From the human T2T-CHM13v2.0 reference genome, Homo sapiens, in the NCBI RefSeq assembly GCF_009914755.1, contig NC_060946.1: a DNA stretch of 64,000 bases; one strand, given 5' to 3'. Of this stretch, positions 52,701 through 64,000 are shown one piece after another (position 1 is the first letter of the stretch; each line of letters starts with the position of its first letter). A program made the translations under genes and the position numbers. Below the pieces are notes generated by a model that searched no databases, was not told where the DNA came from, and worked only from the letters and a program-made list of their open reading frames with translations.

Positions 52701-55700
52701 TGTGCCCACAGGGGGATTGAGACATATCTCTGCACTGATCCCGAGGTGATACAACTCTTGCCTGGTCTCTGCCTACTGTGGACATTGTGACATATCTCTG
52801 CACTGATCTCCCAGGTGCTATAACTTTAGTCTAGGCTCCGGCTACGCGGCATTGTGACATATCACTGCACTGATCACCCAGGCGATATAACTCTTCTCTA
52901 GGATCTGACCACAGGGTGCTTTGTGACATATCCCTGCAATGATCACCCAGGTGATATACCACTTGCCAAGGCACTGCCTACAGGGGCATTGCAATGTATC
53001 AATGCCCTGATCACCTAGGTCTTGTAGCTATTTTCTAGGATCTGCCTACAGGGTGCTTTGTGACGTGTCCCAGCAAGGATTACCCAGGTGATGTACCTCT
53101 CATCAAGGCTCTGCCTACAGGCACATTGTGGTGTATCTCTGCACTGATCACCTAGGTCATGTAACTTTTTCTAGGCTCTAACTACGATGGCATTGTGACA
53201 TATCTCTACACTAATCATCCAAGTGATGTAACTCTTGTTTAGGATGTGCCTAAATTAACTTTTTGACATAACCCTGTACTGATCATCCAGGTGATGGAGC
53301 TTTTGTCTAGGCTCTGCCTAAGGGGGCATTGTGACATATTTCTGCATTGATCACCCAGGTGGCGGACTCTTCTCTCGGATCTGCCTATGGGGGCATTGTG
53401 AGAAATCTTCGCACTGATCACCCAGGTGATGTAACTGTTGTGTAACCTCTGCCTACAGGGGAATTGTGAGATATCTCGTCACTGATTACCCAAGTGATGT
53501 AACCATTGTCTAGGCTTTGCGTACAGGGGGCTTTGTGACATACCTTTGCACTGATCACCCAGGTGATGTAACACATCTAAGTTCGGCCTAAAGGAGCTTT
53601 GTGACATATCTCTGCACTGATCACTTAGATGCTGTAACACTTTTATAATCACTGCCTACAGGGAATTTTGACAAATCTCTGCACTGATCACCTAGGTGAT
53701 GTCACTCTTGTCTACCCTCTGTCGAACGGGACATTGTGAAATATCGCTCCACTGATCACCCAGGTGATTCAACTCTTGACTAAGAACTGCCTACAGAGGA
53801 TATTGTGAAATATCTCTGCACTGATAAACTAGGTGGTGTAACCCTTGTCCAAGCTCTGCCTACAGGGGCGTTTCCACATATCCCTGAACTGATGACAAAG
53901 GTGATGTAACAATTGCCTAGGCTTTGCCTACAGGGAACATTGGACATATATCTGCACTGATCACCCAGGTGATGCAACTCTTGCCTAGGCTTTGCCTACA
54001 GGGGACATTGTGACATATCTCTTCAATGATCACTCATGTGATGCATCTCTTGCCTAGGCTTTGCCTACAGGGGACTTTGTGACATATCTCTGCACTGATC
54101 TCCCAGGTGCTGTAGCTTTAGTCTAGGCTCTGGCTACACGGCATTGTGACATATCACTGCACTGATCAACCAGGTGATATAACCCTTGTATAGGCTCTGC
54201 CTACAGGGGGATTGTGACCTACCTCTGCACTGATCACCCAGGTGATATAACTCTTCTCTAGGATCTGCCTACAGGGTACTTTGTGACATATCCGTGCACT
54301 GATCACCCAGGTGATCTAACTCTGGTCTAAGCTCTGCGTAAAGGGGCATTGTGACAGATCTCTGCACTGATCCCTATGGTGATGTAAGTATTGTCTAGGC
54401 TCTGCTTCAAGGGGCCTTGTCACATATCGCTGCACTGATCACCCAGGTGATGTAACTCTTGTCTAGGCTCTGCTTCCAGGGCATATTGTGACATATCTAT
54501 GCACTGATCACCTTAGTGATGTAACACTTTGGTAGGCTCGGCCTACAGGGGAATCTTGACATATCTCTGCACTGTTAACCGAGGTGATTTAACTCTTGTC
54601 TAGGCTGTGCCCACAGGGGGATTGAGACATATCTCTGCACTGATCCCGAGGTGATCCAACTCTTGCCTGGTCTCTGCCTACTGTGGACATTGTGACATAT
54701 CTCTGCACTGATCTCCCAGGTGCTGTAACTTTAGTCTAGGCTCCGGCTACACGGCATTGTGACATATCACTGCACTGATCACCCAGGCGATATAACTCTT
54801 CTCTAGGATCTGACCACAGGGTGCTTTGTGACATATCCCTGCAATGATCACCCAGGTGATATACCACTAGCCAAGGCTCTGCCTACAGTGGCATTGCAAT
54901 GTATCTCTGCACTGATCACCTAGGTCTTGTAGCTATTTTCTAGGATCTGCCTACAGGGTGTTTTGTGACGTGTCCCAGCAAGGATTACCCCGGTGGTGTA
55001 CCTCTCATCAAGGCTCTGCCTACAGGCACATTGTGATGTATCTCAGCACTGATCACCTAGGTCATGTAACTTTTTTCTAGGCTCTACCTACAATGGCATT
55101 GTGACATATCTCTGCACTAATCATCCAAGTGATGTAACTCTTTTCTAGGATGTGCCTAAATTAACTTTTTGACATAACCCTGTACTGATCATCCAGGTGA
55201 TGGAGCTTTTGTCTAGGCTCTGCCTAAGGGGGCATTGTGACATATTTCTGCATTGATCACCCAGGTGGCGAACTCTTCTCTCGGATCTGCCTATGGGGGC
55301 ATTGTGAGAAATCTCTGCACTGATCACCCAGGTGATGTAACTGTTGTGTAACCTCTGCCTACAGGGGAACTGTGAGAGATCTCGTCACTGATTACCCAAG
55401 TGATGTAACCATTGCCTAGGCTTTGCGTACAGGGGGCTTTGTGACATATCTTTGCACTGATCACCCAGGTGATGTAACACATCTAAGTTCGGCCTAAAGG
55501 AGCTTTGTGACATATCTCTGCACTGATCACTTAGGTGATGTAACACTTTTATAATCACTGCTTACAGGGAATTTTGACAAATCTCTGCACTGATCACCTA
55601 GGTGATGTAACTCTTGTCTACCCTCTGTCCAACGGGGCATTGTGAAATATCTCTGCACTGATCACCCAGGTGATTCAACTCTTGACTAGGAACTGCCTAC

Positions 55701-58700
55701 AGAGGTTATTGTGAAATATGTCTGCACTGATAAACTAGGTGGTGTAACCCTTGTCCAAGCTCTGCCTACAGGGGCGATTCCACATATCCCTGAACTGATG
55801 ACAAAGGTGATGTAACTCTTGCCTAGGCTTTGCCTACAGGGAACATTGGACATATATCTGCACTGATCACCCAGGTGATGCAACTCTTGCCTAGGCTTTG
55901 CCTACAGGGGACATTGTGACATATCTCTTCAATGATCACACATGTGATGCATCCCTTGCCTAGGCTTTGCCTACAGGGGACATTGTGACATATCTCTGCA
56001 CTGATCTCCCAGGTGCTGTAACTTTAGTGTAGGCTCTGGCTACACGGCATTGTGACATATCACTGCACTGATCAACCAGGTGATATAACTCTTGTATAGG
56101 CTCTGCCTACAGGGGGATTGTGACCTACCTCTGCACTGATCACCCAGGTGATATATCTCTTCTCTAGGATCTGCCTACAGGGTACTTTGTGACATATCCC
56201 TGCACTGATCACCCAGGTGATCTAACTCTGGTCTAAGCTCTGCCTAAAGGGGCATTGTGACAGATCTCTGCACTGATCACTCTGGTGATGTAAGTATTGT
56301 CTAGGCTCTGCTTCAAGGGGCCTTGTCACATATCTCTGCACTGATCACCCAGGTGATGTAACTCTTGTCTAGGCTCTGCTTCCAGGGCATATTGTGACAT
56401 ATCTATGCACTGATCAACTTAGTGATGTAACACTTTGGTAGGCTCGGCCTACAGGGGAATCTTGACATATCTCTGCACTGTTAACCAAGGTGATTTAACT
56501 CTTGTCTAGGCTGTGCCCACAGGGGGATTGAGACATATCTCTGCACTAATCCCGAGGTGATACAACTCTTGCCTGGTCTCTGCCTACTGTGGACATTGTG
56601 ACATATCTCTGCACTGATCTCCCAGGTGCTGTAACTTTAGTCTAGGCTCCGGCTACGCGGCATTGTGACATATCACTGCACTGATCACCCAGGCGATATA
56701 ACTCTTCTCTAGGATCTGACCACAGGGTGCTTTGTGACATATCCCTGCAATGATCACCCAGGTGATATACCACTTGCCAAGGCACTGCCTACAGGGGCAT
56801 TGCAATGTATCAATGCCCTGATCACCTAGGTCTTGTAGCTATTTTCTAGGATCTGCCTACAGGGTGCTTTGTGACGTGTCCCAGCAAGGATTACCCAGGT
56901 TATGTACCTCTCATCAAGGCTCTGCCTACAGGCACATTGTGGTGTATCTCTGCACTGATCACCTAGGTCATGTAACTTTTTCTAGGCACTACCTACGATG
57001 GCATTGTGACATATCTCTACACTAATCATCCAAGTGATGTAACTCTTGTTTAGGATGTGCCTAAATTAACTTTTTGACATAACCCTGTACTGATCATCCA
57101 GGTGATGGAGCTTTTGTCTAGGCTCTGCCTAAGGGGGCATTGTGACAGATTTCTGCATTGATCACCCAGGTGGCGGACTCTTCTCTCGGATCTGCCTATG
57201 GGGCATTGTGAGAAATCTTCGCACTGATCACCCAGGTGATGTAACTGTTGTGTAACCTCTGCCTACAGGGGAATTGTGAGATATCTCGTCACTGATTACC
57301 CAAGTGATGTAACCATTGTCTAGGCTTTGCGTACAGGGGGCTTTGTGACATACCTTTGCACTGATCACCCAGGTGATGTAACACATCTAAGTTCGGCCTA
57401 AAGGAGCTTTGTGACATATGTCTGCACTGATCACTTAGATGATGTAACACTTTTATAATCACTGCCTACAGGGAATTTTGACAAATCTCTGCACTGATCA
57501 CCTAGGTGATGTCACTCTTGTCTACCCTCTGTCGAACGGGACATTGTGAAATATCTCTCCACTGATCACCCAGGTGATTCAACTCTTGACTAAGAACTGC
57601 CTACAGAGGTTATTGTGAAATATCTCTGCACTGATAAACTAGGTGGGGTAACCATTGTCCAAGCTCTGCCTACAGGGGCGTTTCCACATATCCCTGAACT
57701 GATGACAAAGGTGATGTAACACTTGCCTAGGCTTTGCCTACAGGGAACATTGGACATATATCTGCACTGATCACCCAGGTGATGCAACTCTTGCCTAGGC
57801 TTTGCGTACAGGGGACATTGTGACATATCTCTTCAATGATCACTCATGAGATGCATCTCTTGCCTAGGCTTTGCGTACAGGGGACATTGTGACATATCTC
57901 TGCACTGATCTCCCAGGTGCTGTAACTTTAGTCTAGGCTCTGGCTACACGGCATTGTGACATATCAATGCACTGATCAACCAGGTGATATAACTCTTGTA
58001 TAGGCTATGCCTACAAGGGGATTGTGACCTACCTCTATACTGATCACCCAGGTGATATAACTCTTCTCTAGGATCTGCCTACAGGGTACTTTGTGACATA
58101 TCCCTGCACTGATCACCCAGGTGATCTAACTCTGGTCTAAGCTCTGCGTAAAGGGGCATTGTGACAGATCTCTGCACTGATCCCTCTGGTGATGTAAGTA
58201 TTGTCTAGGCTCTGCTTCAAGGGGCCTTGTCACATATCTCTGCACTGATCACCCAGGTGATGTAACTCTTGTCTAGGCTCTGCTTCCAGGCCATATTGTG
58301 ACATATCTATGCACTGATCACCTTAGTGATGTAACACTTTGGTAGGCTCGGCCTACAGGGGAATCTTGACATATCTCTGCACTGTTAACCGAGGTGATTT
58401 AACTCTTGTCTAGGCTGTGCCCACAGGGGGATTGAGACATATCTCTGCACTGATCCCGAGGTGATACAACTCTTGCCTGGTCTCTGCCTACAGTGGACAT
58501 TGTGACATATCTCTGCACTGATCTCCCAGGTGCTGTAACTTTAGTCTGGGCTCCGGCTACACGGCATTGTGACATATCACTGCACTGATCACCCAGGCGA
58601 TATAACTCTTCTCTAGGATCTGACCACAGGGTGCTTTGTGACATATCCCTGCAATGATCACCCAGGTGATATACCACTTGCCAAGGCTCTGCCTACAGGG

Positions 58701-61700
58701 GCATTGCAATGTATCTCTGCACTGATCACCTAGGTCTTGTAGCTATTTTCTAGGATCTGCCTACAGGGTGCTTTGTGACGTGTCCCAGCAAGGATTACCC
58801 AGGTGATGTACCTCTCATCAAGGCTCTGCCTACAGGCACATTGTGATGTATCTCTGCACTGATCACCTCGGTCATGTAACTTTTTTCTAGGCTCTACCTA
58901 CGATGGCATTGTGACATATCTCTGCACTAATCATCCAAGTGATGTAACACTTGTCTAGGATGTGCCTAAATTAACTTTTTGACATAACCCTGTACTGATC
59001 ATCCAGGTGATGGAGCTTTTGTCTAGGCTCTGCCTAAGGGGGCATTGTGACATAGTTCTGCATTGATCACCCAGGTGGCGAACTCTTCTCTCGGATCTGC
59101 CTATGGGGGCATTGTGAGAAATCTCTGCACTGATCACCCAGGTGATGTAACTGTTGTGTAACCTATGCCTACAGGGGAATTGTGAGAGATCTCGTCACTG
59201 ATTACCCAAGTGATGTAACCGTTGTCTAGGCTTTGCGTACAAGGGGCTTTGTGACATACCTTTGCACTGATCACCCAGGTGATGTAACACATCCAAGTTC
59301 GGCCTAAAGGAGTTTTGTGACATATCTCTGCACTGATCACTTAGGTGATGTAACACTTTTATAATCACTGCCTACAGGGAATTTTGACAAATCTCTGCAC
59401 TGATCACCTAGGTGATGTAACTCTTGTCTACCCTCTGTGCAACGGGGCATTGTGAAATGTCTCTGCACTGATCACCCAGGTGATTCAACTCTTGACTAGG
59501 AACTGCCTACAGAGGTTATTGTGAAATATCTCTGCACTGATAAACTAGGTGGTGTAACCCTTGTCCAAGCTCTGCCTACAGGGGCGTTTCCACATATCCC
59601 TGAACTGATGACAAAGGTGATGTAACTCTTGCCTAGGCTTTACCTACAGGGAACATTGGACATATATCTGCACTGATCACCCAGCTGATGCAACTCTTGC
59701 CTAGGCTTTGCCTACAGGGGACATTGTGACATATCTCTTCAATGATCACTCATGTGATGCATCTCTTGCCTAGGCTTTGCCTACAGGGGACATTGTGACA
59801 TATCTCTGCACTGATCTCCCAGGTGCTGTTACTTTAGTCTAGGCTCTGGCTACACGGCATTGTGACATATCACTGCACTGATCAACCTGGTGATATAACT
59901 CTTTTATAGGCTCTGCCTACAGGGGGATTGTGACCTACCTCTGCACTGATCACCCAGGTGATATAACTCTTCTCTAGGATCTTCCTACAGGGTACTTTGT
60001 GACATATCCCTGCACTGATCACCCAGGTGATCTATCTCTGGTCTAAGCTCTGCCTAAAGGGGCTTTGTGACAGATCTCTGCACTGATCACTCAGGTGATG
60101 TAAGTATTGTCTAGGCTCTGCTTCAAGGGGCCTTGTCACATATCTCTGCACTGATCACCCAGGTGATGTAACTCTTGTCTAGGCTCTGCTTCCAGGGCAT
60201 ATTTTGACATATCTATGCACTGATCACCTTAGTGATGTAACACTTTGGTAGGCTCGGCCTACAGGGGAATCTTGACATATCTCTGCACTGTTAACCGAGG
60301 TGATTTAACTCTTGTCTAGGCTGTGCCCACAGGGGGATTGAGACATATCTCTGCACTGATCCCGAGGTGATACAACTCTTGCCTGGTCTCTGCCTACTGT
60401 GGACATTGTGACATATCTCTGCACTGATCTCCCAGGTGCTGTAACTTTAGTCTAGGCTCTGGCTACACGGCATTGTGACATATCACTGCACTGATCACCC
60501 AGGCGATATAACTCTTCTCTAGGATCTGACCACAGGGTGCTTTGTGACATATCCCTGCAATGATCACCCAGGTGATATACCACTTGCCAAGGCTCTGCCT
60601 ACAGGGGCATTGCAATGTATCTCTGCACTGATCACCTAGGTCTTGTAGCTATTTTCTAGCATCTGCCTACAGGGTGCTTTGTGACGTGTCCCAGCAAGGA
60701 ATTCCCAGGTGATGTACCTCTCATCAAGGCTCTTCCTACAGGCACAATGTGATGTATCTGTGCACTGATCACCTAGGTTATGTAAATTTTGTCTAGGCTC
60801 TACCTACGATGGCATTGTGACATATCTCTGCACTAATCATCCAAGTGATGTAACTCTTGTCTAGGATGTGCCTAAATTAACTTTTTGACATAACCCTGTA
60901 CTGATCATCCAGGTGATGGAGCTTTTGTCTAGGCTCTGCCTAAGGGGGCATTGTGACATATTTCTGCATTGATCACCCAGGTGGCGAACTCTTCTCTCGG
61001 ATCTGCCTATGGGGGCATTGTGAGAAATTTCTGCACTGATCACCCAGGTGATGTAACTGTTGTGTAACCTCTGCCTACAGGGGAATTGTGAGAGATCTCG
61101 TCACTGATTACCCAAGTGATGTAACCATTGTCTAGGCTTTGCGTACAAGGGGCTTTGTGACATAACTTTGCACTGATCACCCAGGTGATGTAACACATCC
61201 AAGTTCGGCCTAAAGGAGCTTTGTGACATATCTCTGCACTGATCACTTAGGTGATGTAACACTTTTATAATCACTGCCTACAGGGAATTTTGACAAATCT
61301 CTGCACTGATCACCTAGGTGATGTAACTCTTGTCTACCCTCTGTCCAACGGGGCATTGTGAAATATCTCTGCACTGATCACCCAGGTGATTCAACTCTTG
61401 ACTAGGAACTGCCTACAGAGGGTATTGTGAAATATCTCTGCACTGATAAACTAGGTGGTGTAACCCTTGTCCAAGCTCGGCCTACAGGGGCGTTTCCACA
61501 TATCCCTGAACTGATGACACAGGTGATGTAACTCTTGCCTAGGCTTTGCCTACAGGGAACATTGGACATATATCTGCACTGATCACCCAGGTGATGCAAC
61601 TCTTGCCTAGGCTTTGCCTACAGGGGACATTGTGACATATCTCTTCAATGATCAGTCATGTGATGCATCTCTTGCCTAGGCTTTGCCTACAGGGGACATT

Positions 61701-62766
61701 GTGACATATCTCTACACTGATCTCCCAGGTGCTGTCACTTTAGTCTAGGCTCTGGCTACACGGCATTGTGACATATCACTGCACTGATCAACCAGGGGAT
61801 ATAACCCTTGTATGGGCTCTGCCTACAGGGGGATTGTGACCTACCTCTGCACTGATCACCCAGGTGATATAACTCTTCTCTAGGATCTTCCTACAGGGTA
61901 CTTTGTGACATATCCCTGCACTGATCACCCAGGTGATCTATCTCTTGTCTAAGCTCTGCCTAAAGGGGCATTGTGACAGATCTCTGCACTGATCACTCAG
62001 GTGATGTAAGTATTGTCTAGGCTCTGCTTCAAGGGGCCTTGTCACATATCTCTGCACTGATCACCCAGGTGATGTAACTCTTGTCTAGGCTCTGCTTCCA
62101 GGGCATATTGTGACATATCTATGCACTGATCACCTTAGTGATGTAACAGTTTGGTAGGCTCGGCCTACAGGGGAATCTTGACATATCTCTGCACTGTTAA
62201 CCGAGGTGATTTAACTCTTGTCTAGGCTGTGCCCACAGGGGGATTGAGACATATCTCTGCACTGATCCCGAGGTGATACAACTCTTGCCTGGTCTCTGCC
62301 TACTGTGGACATTGTGACATATCTCTGCACTGATCTCCCAGGTGCTGTAACTTTAGTCTAGGCTCTGGCTACACGGCATTGTGACATATCACTGCACTGA
62401 TCACCCAGGCGATATGACTCTTCTCAAGGATCTGACCACAGGGTGCTTTGTGACATATCCCTGCAATGATCACCCAGGTGATATACCACTTGCCAAGGCT
62501 CTGCCTACAGGGGCATTGCAATGTATCTCTGCACTGATCACCTAGGTCTTGTAGCTATTTTCTAGGATCTGCCTACAGGGTGCTTTGTGACGTGTCCCAG
62601 CAAGGATTACCCAGGTGATGTACCTCTCATCAAGGCTCTGCCTACAGGCACATTGTGATGTATCTCTGCACTGATCACCTAGGTCATGTAACTTTTTTCT
62701 AGGCTCTAACTACGATGGCATTGTGACATATCTCTGCACTAATCATCCAAGTGATGTAACTCTTGT
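43710..62766. repeat. Ten canonical HOR units (1905-1906 bp)
   Basis: Landmarks at 43710, 45616, 47522, 49428, 51334, 53239, 55145, 57050, 58955, 60861 and 62767. Confidence 0.93.
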
Positions 62767-64000
62767 CTAGGATGTGCCTAAATTAACTTTTTGACATAAC
62801 CCTGTACTGATCATCCAGGTGATGGAGCTTTTGTCTAGGCTCTGCCTAAGGGGGCATTGTGACATATTTCTGCATTGATCACCCAGGTGGCGAACTCTTC
62901 TCTCGGATCTGCCTATTGGGGCATTGTGAGAAATCTCTGCACTGATAACCCAGGTGATGTAACTGTTGTGTAACCTCTGCCTACAGGGGAATTGTGAGAG
63001 ATATCGTCACTGATTACCCAAGGGATGTAACCGTTGTCTAGGCTTTGCATACAGGGGGCTTTGTGACATACCTTTGCACTGATCACCCAGGTGATGTAAC
63101 ACATCTAAGTTCGGCCTAAAAGAGCTTTGTGACATATCTCTGCACTGATCGCTTAGGTGATGTAACACTTTTATAATCACTGCCTACAGGGAATTTTGAC
63201 AAATCTCTGCACTGATCACCTAGGTTATGTAACTCTTGTCTACCCTCTGTCCAACGGGGCATTGTGAAATATCTCTGCACTGATCACCCAGGTGATTCAA
63301 CTCTTGACTAGGAACTGCCTACAGAGGTTATTGTGAAATATCTCTGCACGGATAAACTAGGTGGTGTAACCCTTGTCCAAGCTCTGCCTACAGGGGCGTT
63401 TCCACATATCCCTGAACTGATGACAGAGGTGATGTAACTCTTGCCTAGGCTTTGCCTACAGGGAACATTGGACATATATCTGCACTGATCACCCAGGTGA
63501 TGCAACTCTTGCCTTGGCTTTGCCTACAGGAGACATCGTGACATATCTCTTCAATGATCACTAATGTGATGCATCTCTTGCCTAGGCTTTGCCTACAGGG
63601 GACATTGTGACATATCTCTGCACTGATCTCCCAGGTGCTGTAACTTTAGTCTAGGCTCTGGCTACACGGCATTGTGACATATCACTGCACTGATCAACCA
63701 GGTGATATAACTCTTGTATAGGCTCTGCCTACAGGGGGATTGTGACCTACCTCTGCACTGATCACCCAGGTGATATAACTCTTCTCTAGGATCTTCCTAC
63801 AGGGTACATTGTGACATATCCCTGCACTGATCACCCAGGTGATCTAACTCTGGTCTAAACTCTGCCTAAAGGGGCGTTTTGACAGATCTCTGCACTGATC
63901 ACTCTGGTGATGTAAGTATTGTCTAGGCTCTGCTTCAAGGGGCCTTGTCACATATCTCTGCACTGATCACCCAGGTGATGTAACTCTTGTCTAGGCTCTG

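Larger units (their letters stand above)
1..64000. repeat. Beta satellite (68-bp Sau3A / BSR-Beta) tandem array, roughly 940 monomers, running off both window ends
   Basis: Seen: continuous head-to-tail ~68-bp periodicity anchored on TGCACTGATCACCCAGGTGATG, in one orientation with no unique insert. Knowledge: the reverse complement GATCAGTGCAGAGATATGTCACAATGCCCCTGTAGGCAGAGCCTAGACAAGAGTTACATCACCTGGGT matches the human beta satellite consensus as I recall it. Monomer count is 64000/68. The chromosome cannot be determined from this window. Confidence 0.97.

Noticed and set aside
763-63505. Repeated minus-strand ORFs of 60-137 aa rich in His and Cys (HHLGDQC, ITWVISAE), superficially zinc-finger-like
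   Set aside because: They are translations of the satellite. A 68-bp monomer cycles through the three frames, generating the three recurring peptide motifs. There is no C2H2 spacing or linker, and the ORFs open and close at random with single SNPs between units.
1-64000. CRISPR-like look: conserved ~30-bp partly palindromic core alternating with more variable ~38-bp segments
   Set aside because: The apparent spacers are all homologous to each other and repeat every 28 monomers. There are no cas genes or leader, and the unit matches a primate satellite.
1-64000. Alpha satellite or functional centromere with CENP-B boxes
   Set aside because: The period is 68 bp, not 171 bp, and no CENP-B box pattern (TTCG....A..CGGG) was seen.
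1-64000. Novel coding, defence or diversity-generating system using monomers as cassettes
   Set aside because: There is no recombinase, reverse transcriptase, expression site or unique sequence. The variation is explained by tandem-repeat turnover.
1-64000. Interspersed LSau, D4Z4/DUX4-like units, Alu or L1 insertions, or inversions
   Set aside because: Every landmark interval is accounted for by whole beta monomers in one orientation, with no GC-rich block, poly-A tail or strand switch.
1-64000. Array is an assembly collapse or synthetic concatemer
   Set aside because: Units carry private and hierarchically shared variants and distinct structural variants, as expected of a real resolved array, although individual duplications still need read support.

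Overview
The whole 64 kb window is one uninterrupted, single-orientation tandem array of primate (most likely human) beta satellite, the 68-bp Sau3A family. The + strand monomer consensus is about GATCACCCAGGTGATGTAACTCTTGTCTAGGCTCTGCCTACAGGGGCATTGTGACATATCTCTGCACT. Monomers of 66-69 bp are organised into a 28-monomer higher-order repeat (HOR) of 1905-1906 bp. The once-per-unit landmark TAGGATGTGCCTAAATTAAC occurs 35 times (763 to 62767), giving 26 canonical intervals and 8 shortened ones, each missing whole monomers: one 15-mer, three tandem 27-mers, two 19-mers, one 23-mer and one 26-mer. I see no genes, RNA genes, transposons, inversions or CRISPR array, and all listed ORFs are translations of the satellite. 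I find no support for a new protein-coding system. The interest lies in the array's own evolutionary record: internal duplications that predict deletion breakpoints, a reused breakpoint monomer, three SNP-defined sub-domains with divergent copies at their seams, an emerging 3.8-kb HOR dimer, long-range haplotype sharing and clustered multi-nucleotide substitutions. All comparisons were made by eye and need confirmation by alignment.
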